The position numbers were made by a program, and so were the translations under genes. The notes beneath the pieces were generated by a model. That model worked only from the letters and a program-made list of their open reading frames with translations. It had not been told where the DNA came from and did no database searches. A stretch of DNA of 64,000 bases from a virus. The stretch covers positions 1 to 64,000 of IMG/VR virus record IMGVR_UViG_3300018080_000138. One strand, written 5' to 3'. Below are positions 58,255 through 64,000 of this stretch, piece by piece. The first letter of the stretch is position 1. Every line of letters starts with the position of its first letter.

Positions 58255-58608
58255 GTGGTACAGCAGTTGAGTTCGATTGAGAAGCGGTTAACAATACAAT
58301 ATAATAGTTCGATGTTGCATGAGCTTAAGACAGAATTGGAATCAAGAGGGATTACATTAAGTGTTATTGAGTTTAATGTAAAATTGGCGGATTATATCAT
58401 TAAACCATTACCGTTAGCGTTGTTATGCTCGTTTAATACGGAGGAGAAGGTATATAAATACAGGGTGACGGTTGCCGATAATAAGTATGTTATTGTTGAT
58501 GGTGATGGTTTGGCAGTTGCAAGGACTTCGGCGGTTGATTATGCAGTTGATGAGATAATTGATGATGTTGTTTTTAGTGTAACATCAATAAAAGGAAAAG
58601 ATAAATGA
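58255..58608 (+). CDS. hypothetical protein
   Basis: GAGGTG RBS, GTG start. Confidence 0.6.
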   Translation: MVQQLSSIEKRLTIQYNSSMLHELKTELESRGITLSVIEFNVKLADYIIKPLPLALLCSFNTEEKVYKYRVTVADNKYVIVDGDGLAVARTSAVDYAVDEIIDDVVFSVTSIKGKDK

Positions 58609-59090
58609 ATGAACTTAGTAGACAAAAAAAGGTGGAAGTATTATATCAACTACAATATGTTGAACCTGTTATTGTACGGGATAAGACAGTGGCAAGTAAA
58701 ACTGTGGGGTGTCCTGAGGATATAGTAAATATTTTACGTGAGCTGAAGTATGCTGCAGTTGAAAAGTTTATTGGTGTATATCTTGACTCAAGAAATCATG
58801 TTTTAGCGGTATCAATTTTACATGTTGGCGGTATTACGGAAACAGTAGTTGATCCTAAAATAGTATTTGGAATGGCATTTTTATGCAATGCTACTGCATT
58901 GGTGGTAGTACATAACCATCCATCCGGGAATAATGCGCCAAGTGACAAAGATAAAGAAATGACAAGAAAACTTGTTACATGTGGTGATTTTTTAGATATA
59001 AAGTTATTTGATCATATTATAATAGGTAGTGATGGATATTATTCATTTGCTGAATCTTTGGGCGATGAATTACTCATTGGTCGACATTGA
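58605..59090 (+). CDS. RadC-like JAB domain protein
   Basis: E.F....LD.RN, HNHPSGN..PS..D, DHIIIG. Confidence 0.92.
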   Translation: MNELSRQKKVEVLYQLQYVEPVIVRDKTVASKTVGCPEDIVNILRELKYAAVEKFIGVYLDSRNHVLAVSILHVGGITETVVDPKIVFGMAFLCNATALVVVHNHPSGNNAPSDKDKEMTRKLVTCGDFLDIKLFDHIIIGSDGYYSFAESLGDELLIGRH

Positions 59091-59105
59091 TTTAGTAGTA
59101 ATAGA

Positions 59106-59336
59106 TTGGAGGATGTAATGGCAGCAAAGTTGAATAAGTTGCTTAGTGGTAGTATTAGGCAGTCAGATTATACCCCTGGTACATTGAAGCGATTGGCAAA
59201 AAAGACTGCAAATGATTTTAACGCAATTCAATACAATTACGCAATTAGACATTCTGCAAAAACACATCAAATGTTATTAGTGGTTGACATGATGCTAAAA
59301 AGTTTGAAATTAGTCACACATACAGTAGTTTTATAG
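59106..59336 (+). CDS. hypothetical protein
   Basis: GGAGG RBS before internal ATG. Confidence 0.5.
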   Translation: MEDVMAAKLNKLLSGSIRQSDYTPGTLKRLAKKTANDFNAIQYNYAIRHSAKTHQMLLVVDMMLKSLKLVTHTVVL

Positions 59337-59351
59337 TAAAAGGAATGTATT

Positions 59352-59759
59352 ATGAAACCAGAAAAAGTGTACTTGGTCGATGTGGATGATGTTTTTTTGG
59401 CGGGTTTATCAAGATCACAGAGGTCTCGTATTAAATCAAGGGGATATATTATTTTTGGCTATCATAGACAACAAATTAACGTGAATTATGATAACATTGA
59501 TTTTGAGATAAAAGATATAAGAAAAATTGTTGGTAGTGAACTTCATAAGTATATTTCCTATGGCCATTATTATTTTGATGACATTGTGTCGGAGGTAGTC
59601 TATAATTTTCTAAGAAAGTCGGGAAAAATAAAGAAAAATGCCATAGGTTTTTTAAGATCAATAACAAAATCAACATGTATGAATTTTTGTAAAAAGTCAT
59701 GGGCTGTGAAGGAATATCCAATGACAGGAGTTGGAATAGATGAAAGAAATATACAATAA
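59352..59759 (+). CDS. hypothetical protein with sigma region-2-like C-terminus
   Basis: DDIVSEVVYNF...FLRSITKSTCMNF.KK. Confidence 0.45.
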   Translation: MKPEKVYLVDVDDVFLAGLSRSQRSRIKSRGYIIFGYHRQQINVNYDNIDFEIKDIRKIVGSELHKYISYGHYYFDDIVSEVVYNFLRKSGKIKKNAIGFLRSITKSTCMNFCKKSWAVKEYPMTGVGIDERNIQ

Positions 59760-59776
59760 GGAATAGTATAATTATT

Positions 59777-59995
59777 ATGAAAAAAATAAAAATAACGAAC
59801 AATGTTCATTTTATATTGGAACATGAGCTATTAGTAGTTTCATTTCCGTCGGGAACAATAGTCGGTTATAGAAGGTATCCAAAAGAATTGGATAAAACGG
59901 TTATTATTGATTGGTTGGAAAAGAATTTTGGTACAAAGATAGCCCATGATTACTTGGATAAAATTTTAAGTGACCAGGATTTGGAATGGGAATAA
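59777..59995 (+). CDS. hypothetical protein, paralog of 60361-60573
   Basis: Shared I..T..V..I...TI.G...WL...FG...A pattern. Confidence 0.6.
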   Translation: MKKIKITNNVHFILEHELLVVSFPSGTIVGYRRYPKELDKTVIIDWLEKNFGTKIAHDYLDKILSDQDLEWE

Positions 59996-60007
59996 TTTAG
60001 TCATGTT

Positions 60008-60033
60008 AATGTATGGAGTATACTCCATACATT
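60008..60033. promoter_or_regulatory. perfect 26-bp palindrome (enhancer/operator-like)
   Basis: AATGTATGGAGTATACTCCATACATT. Confidence 0.8.
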
Positions 60034-60190
60034 TTAGTCAAGAATTGGGCATAGATTACATACTTTTGTGCCTATATGACATGTTATAGTTATATATAGT
60101 AGGTGTGAGCCTTTTGTCCCATGTTAGAAAAAACTTCCTTTTCTTAGAAGGTTTGGGATGATTCTTGCAATATAATATAATGAAAATAAA
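60011..60190 (+). repeat. ~180-bp degenerate direct repeat of 53212-53391
   Basis: Colinear from the palindrome through the promoter; last ~60 bp essentially identical. Confidence 0.85.
60153..60169 (+). promoter_or_regulatory. sigma54-type promoter motif, copy 5
   Basis: TTGGGATGATTCTTGCA. Confidence 0.65.
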
Positions 60191-60360
60191 AAGGTAAGTT
60201 AAAATAATGCAGAAAAAATATGAGGAATTAATTAAGCGATTGGATGCCATGTATTTGGCGGCAATAGAATTATCAAAGAGGTATGATAAAATTTTATCAT
60301 ATATTTTGGATGAGAAATGAGGGGTATTAATTATAACGCAAATTAAATCAGGCATGAGAA

Positions 60361-60573
60361 ATGAAAACATATGAGCAAGTAATTCATGTTACAGATACAG
60401 TTTATATTATCCCGGCACTTAGACGGTGTGTGTACCATAAATTGGATACAATTCTTGGTGTAAAATATATTGATTCTCATACATCAACCGATGAAATTGT
60501 AGTCTGGTTAAAAACTTATTTTGGTGAGGCTGAGGCCCAAAAATTTCAAGATGTAGTAGTAGGGAGGTTATGA
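60361..60573 (+). CDS. hypothetical protein, paralog of 59777-59995
   Basis: Same shared pattern as 59777-59995. Confidence 0.6.
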   Translation: MKTYEQVIHVTDTVYIIPALRRCVYHKLDTILGVKYIDSHTSTDEIVVWLKTYFGEAEAQKFQDVVVGRL

Positions 60574-60819
60574 TATTAATTATTGTTTATTAGTTGAGTG
60601 AGGGGTAGTATGCTGTTACTCAGCCATTTATTTTATTATTATTTATAGGGTGGTAAAATGAAATTCAAACATGGTTTGTATCTCATGAAAAAATTGGAAC
60701 TGCTACGACTTAACAGTAGTAAGAATAAAAAACAAATTCGTCGGGTTGAAACCGCATTATATGTAAAAATTATGAGGTAGTGATAAAAGTATTAATTATA
60801 TTACTAAAGAGTAAATAAG

Positions 60820-61167
60820 ATGACTAAGCTAATTTTACCGAGTAATTTTAGAAGTATTACCATAAAAAGATATGACCCAGTATTTTCTGTAAAGGTGTAC
60901 GATGATTTATTGGGTATAAAAATTAGATCATCTATATGTGATTTGTATTTAAGGGATGTCAATTGTTCGTTATGTCCTTTTAATCAGTTTGTTGTACAAA
61001 GAACTGGTTGTATAGAGTTATTTAGGACTATTTTGGGTGAAAAGTTGGCATTTAGTGATAGATTATCCGGGGTATTTTGGTTTAGTTATATGTCGGATAA
61101 GGTTATTCCACAACTTGAAGTAATAAGAAATTTTTTTGAGTATGATGTTGTATGGTATAAGGTATAG
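60820..61167 (+). CDS. divergent Cys-rich paralog family member
   Basis: LILP..F....KRYD...C...CSLCPF...GC...F...QL...VVW. Confidence 0.6.
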   Translation: MTKLILPSNFRSITIKRYDPVFSVKVYDDLLGIKIRSSICDLYLRDVNCSLCPFNQFVVQRTGCIELFRTILGEKLAFSDRLSGVFWFSYMSDKVIPQLEVIRNFFEYDVVWYKV

Positions 61168-61359
61168 AAATATTTATGGAAGATTATATAGGGAAAAAGT
61201 TAAATTTTAATTATTTTGCATTATTTCAAAGTATTGCAGTATCATGGTGGATTGCAAGGTATGTGTCCTGGATAGTTGGATATGTAATAGAAGCAACTAA
61301 GGTTTGCCTTGATTATGGATTTGATATTCTTATAATAAAAATTTAGTTGGAGGAGTTTT

Positions 61360-61551
61360 ATGTTTGGATTAGGCGATACATCATTATGCACGAGAATTCC
61401 GTGTCCTGGATATCATCATATACCTTTACCAGATTTTTGGAGAATTAAAAAGAGGGAATTGGTAAAAGTAAAACTTAGAAAGGAAGTAGTTAGAAAAGTT
61501 AGGTATTCAAGAAGAATGATGCTAATTAAAACCAGAAAGGTTAGTGAGTAG
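61360..61551 (+). CDS. small basic hypothetical protein
   Basis: GGAGG RBS. Confidence 0.45.
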   Translation: MFGLGDTSLCTRIPCPGYHHIPLPDFWRIKKRELVKVKLRKEVVRKVRYSRRMMLIKTRKVSE

Positions 61552-62065
61552 AATAATGCTAAAAAGAATGTGGAAATATATTACGGCACAAGGTACAATA
61601 AGTATTTTGTTTGGTTGCCATAGTATAGTACATTCAATTTCTATTTTAATAAGATGGTATCAAATCTATGGAAAATGGCCAGAGTTTTGGGAAATAGTTT
61701 GTATTTTTCTTCATGATATAGGCCATATTGGAAGAGATTATCTAAGTAAGGAAATTGAAAAAGATAATCATTGGAAGTTAGGTGCAAGAATAGCATGTTC
61801 TTTATTTGGGCCAAGAGGAATGATTTTTATAGCCGCACATTATCCAAAAGTTGGTTTTGATAAGAATAAATTGTTCTATGCGGATGTTCGTAGTTATGAG
61901 ATTGTTCCACGATGGTGGGTAGTTTCAAATGCTATTTTTGAACCTAAGTTAAAAAAAGGGAAGACGATTAGGGAAGCGGTTGATACGTTTATTAAAGATG
62001 TCAGAAAAAGAGAACAAACGGGTATATATGTCGGTAACCATGACCTTTATTTAACGAGGAAATAA
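61544..62065 (+). CDS. HD-domain-like protein
   Basis: H...HS, FLHDIGH, NH...GA, AHY, YAD. Confidence 0.6.
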   Translation: MSRIMLKRMWKYITAQGTISILFGCHSIVHSISILIRWYQIYGKWPEFWEIVCIFLHDIGHIGRDYLSKEIEKDNHWKLGARIACSLFGPRGMIFIAAHYPKVGFDKNKLFYADVRSYEIVPRWWVVSNAIFEPKLKKGKTIREAVDTFIKDVRKREQTGIYVGNHDLYLTRK

Positions 62066-62296
62066 ATGGATAGGGAAAGTATTAACGGTATTATTTTATC
62101 GTATAAAAATACATTAGAAATGTACCAGGCATCATTGCTAAGTTATGGGCAATTTGAAGATAACATTATGTGTTTATATGGGTATGTGATGGAAGAATTT
62201 GATACTATTGAATCCTTTAGAGAGTATGGAATATCCATTAATAAAGAAGTAGATGAGCTATGCAGTTTATTTATAACATTAATGGATGAAGATTAA
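62066..62296 (+). CDS. hypothetical protein
   Basis: GAGG RBS. Confidence 0.55.
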   Translation: MDRESINGIILSYKNTLEMYQASLLSYGQFEDNIMCLYGYVMEEFDTIESFREYGISINKEVDELCSLFITLMDED

Positions 62297-62397
62297 AAAT
62301 TTTTAAGAAATGCCTGTTATCAGTATTATAATAAAGGATAGTAATTATACAAAAAACTTTTCATGGTATTGCCAAATAAAAAAGGAAGGAGTATAGA

Positions 62398-62715
62398 ATG
62401 CAAGAAAGAAGTAAGGAAACCAAAATAGGCAAACGAGTGACAGTTAATTGTATTAAAGCATTAAGTCCTGATACATTAGTTATTGGAAGATTAAATAACT
62501 CAATATTTATTGGTAGAGTTAGGGTTATAAAGTTAGTTAGGGGTAGAAAAAGAGTAAGAAAGGTAAAATATATTGAGACAATTAGAAGAATTGGTTTTAA
62601 AAAAACAAGATTAAATTTAGTAACTTTTCTTAAGAGTGAAGGTATTGTGTATATGGTGGATGAAGGTGACCAGGAATCGTTGTTGAAAGCATTTTTTAGG
62701 GAGACTTATGATTAG
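62398..62715 (+). CDS. basic hypothetical protein
   Basis: AAGGAG RBS. Confidence 0.55.
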   Translation: MQERSKETKIGKRVTVNCIKALSPDTLVIGRLNNSIFIGRVRVIKLVRGRKRVRKVKYIETIRRIGFKKTRLNLVTFLKSEGIVYMVDEGDQESLLKAFFRETYD

Positions 62716-63355
62716 TATATTAACCGCAACAATTGGAAGAAATGTATTGCATGATTTGTTTATTTCGTTAGCAAACCAAGTATCACCTAATTGGGAATGG
62801 GTAGTAGTATTTGATGGTAATTGCTCATATAATAGATATTTTTCTGATTATATTAATTTATATAAAACTTCATCAGGAAAGATAAAGATTAGTATTGAAG
62901 AGACACCACATAATTTTGGGAGACCACAGAGAAAGGCTGCTGTTAGTATAATGTCGGGTGGTTTTGGAATGTATGTTGACGACGACGATATTTTATACCC
63001 CCATGCTATTAGTACACTTGAGAAATATATAAAGTATCATGATTTTATAATTTTTCGTACTTGGTGTGATTGGTTAGGTAGATCAATTCCAGCATCTTTG
63101 CATCTACCTAAGATTACTTGTGGAGAGGTTGCATCTTGTAGTTATGCTGTTAGTAATGAGTTATTGAAGGCATTGCCATGGCCACAACAGACTGGTAGGG
63201 AGGTTGGTGGGACTGCCGCAGATTATTATTGGTTTAGAGAGATGAAGAAATTGGCAAAAAGGCCGGTAGTAATACCGGATGTCCTTGCATATGCAAGGCA
63301 TTATTATGTAGAAAGAGGGTGTGAACCTTCTTGGGTTTCTCGTTTTGGGCATTAG
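62708..63355 (+). CDS. GT2/GT-A family glycosyltransferase
   Basis: ISILTATIGR, Q...WEWVVVFDG, YVDDDD (DxD), AADY.W. Confidence 0.85.
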   Translation: MISILTATIGRNVLHDLFISLANQVSPNWEWVVVFDGNCSYNRYFSDYINLYKTSSGKIKISIEETPHNFGRPQRKAAVSIMSGGFGMYVDDDDILYPHAISTLEKYIKYHDFIIFRTWCDWLGRSIPASLHLPKITCGEVASCSYAVSNELLKALPWPQQTGREVGGTAADYYWFREMKKLAKRPVVIPDVLAYARHYYVERGCEPSWVSRFGH

Positions 63356-63397
63356 AGGTAGTTGTTGTATAGGAGATAAATAAATGGAAAGAGATGT

Positions 63398-63664
63398 ATG
63401 TTTAAAGAAATAGTGAGTTTTGTCATAGTTGTGTTAATAGTAGGATTATTACTTGATTGGCTTAGTACGCCTCATTATCTGGCTAATGAAGATGAGATGA
63501 AGGTACATTATTGTGATTATATTGTAGTTGATAAAAATGCATCTTTTATTGGTGGAAATAAAATAGTAGTGAAGAACGACACCATATACTGTTCGTTTCG
63601 GTGTTATGATATTTTATACGAAAAGTATTTAGTAGGTGATATAATAGGAGAAGAAAATAGATAA
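63398..63664 (+). CDS. membrane-anchored hypothetical protein
   Basis: N-terminal TM helix; Y....VGD end. Confidence 0.6.
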   Translation: MFKEIVSFVIVVLIVGLLLDWLSTPHYLANEDEMKVHYCDYIVVDKNASFIGGNKIVVKNDTIYCSFRCYDILYEKYLVGDIIGEENR

Positions 63665-63870
63665 TGTTTCATATAAAACATAAAAATCATGGGAAGAATA
63701 AGGATGAAAAGTATCGTATAATGCGATCGTATTCTTCTTATAAGGAAGCAGTATGGGGTTTATGTGCACATGAACTGAGAGCGTATTTTTCCCTCTCCGG
63801 TATAATGGAAAATGATGAGTTAACAGAGGTGGGTATTTTTGAGAATGATAAATGGGTAGATTGGAGGAAT

Positions 63871-64000
63871 ATAGATTTTTCACGTTCATCTTTTGCCTTA
63901 GAATGTATATGTTGCGATTCGGTTGACCATCCAAACCATTATAATGAGAACCTGAGTGGAGTAGAATGCATAGAGGTAGTTGAGCGTATGAATTTTAATC
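63871..64000 (+). CDS. DUF3310-like protein, truncated at window end, start uncertain
   Basis: D.VDHPNHY.....GVECIEV...MNFN in this frame. Confidence 0.65.
   Translation, partial: MDFSRSSFALECICCDSVDHPNHYNENLSGVECIEVVERMNFN

Noticed and set aside
52970-60190. CRISPR array interpretation of the repeated elements
   Set aside because: Copies are 0.4-3.3 kb apart and separated by genes, not by 30-40 bp spacers; no cas genes are present.
85-63934. Minus-strand ORFs in the track (e.g. 4705-5112, 33123-33644, 36709-37098)
   Set aside because: They are antisense shadows of well-supported + strand genes and have no recognisable motifs.
1-64000. Genome-wide TAG recoding (genetic code 15)
   Set aside because: Long conserved genes have no internal TAG, and many (polA, queE, dpdA, SSB, HU) end at TAG immediately before the next gene.
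1-64000. Prophage or host chromosome context
   Set aside because: No integrase, repressor/att module or host housekeeping operon; recA, dnaN, dnaX and folE sit within continuous phage-style operons.

Overview
The window is a 64-kb slice of an AT-rich tailed dsDNA phage genome of siphovirus type. Essentially all credible genes are on the + strand. Order: (i) head-tail joining and non-contractile tail module with a G/GT-type -1 frameshift, tape measure, tail-tip proteins and a second tail-tube paralog (1-15.2 kb). (ii) A replication, recombination and DNA-modification block (15.2-41 kb): DnaB helicase, primase Zn-finger only, family A polymerase, a complete bacterial-type beta clamp plus gamma/delta/delta' clamp loader, SSB, RecA, RuvC-like resolvase, split SbcC with SbcD, an HU/H1-like protein, an N6-adenine MTase and a 7-deazaguanine pathway (folE, queD, queE, queC, dpdA-like). 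(iii) TerS, a terminase large subunit split into two genes, glycosyltransferases, ClpP and an RNA ligase (41-51 kb). (iv) A ~1.8-kb gene-poor region, followed by a putative early region of small genes (53-64 kb). The most striking unexplained signal is in that early region: five copies of a sigma54-type -24/-12 promoter motif (TGGGATGATTYTTGCA), four preceded ~100-135 bp upstream by a conserved 20-bp palindrome (GTATGGAGT-NN-ACTCCATAC). This is the architecture of an enhancer-dependent RpoN promoter regulon in a phage. Other notable signals are a tRNA-like RNA with intact acceptor and T arms, a dispersed Cys-rich paralog family, and possible clamp-binding tails on DNA-modifying enzymes. All functional calls come from motif recognition by eye; no database searches were run.
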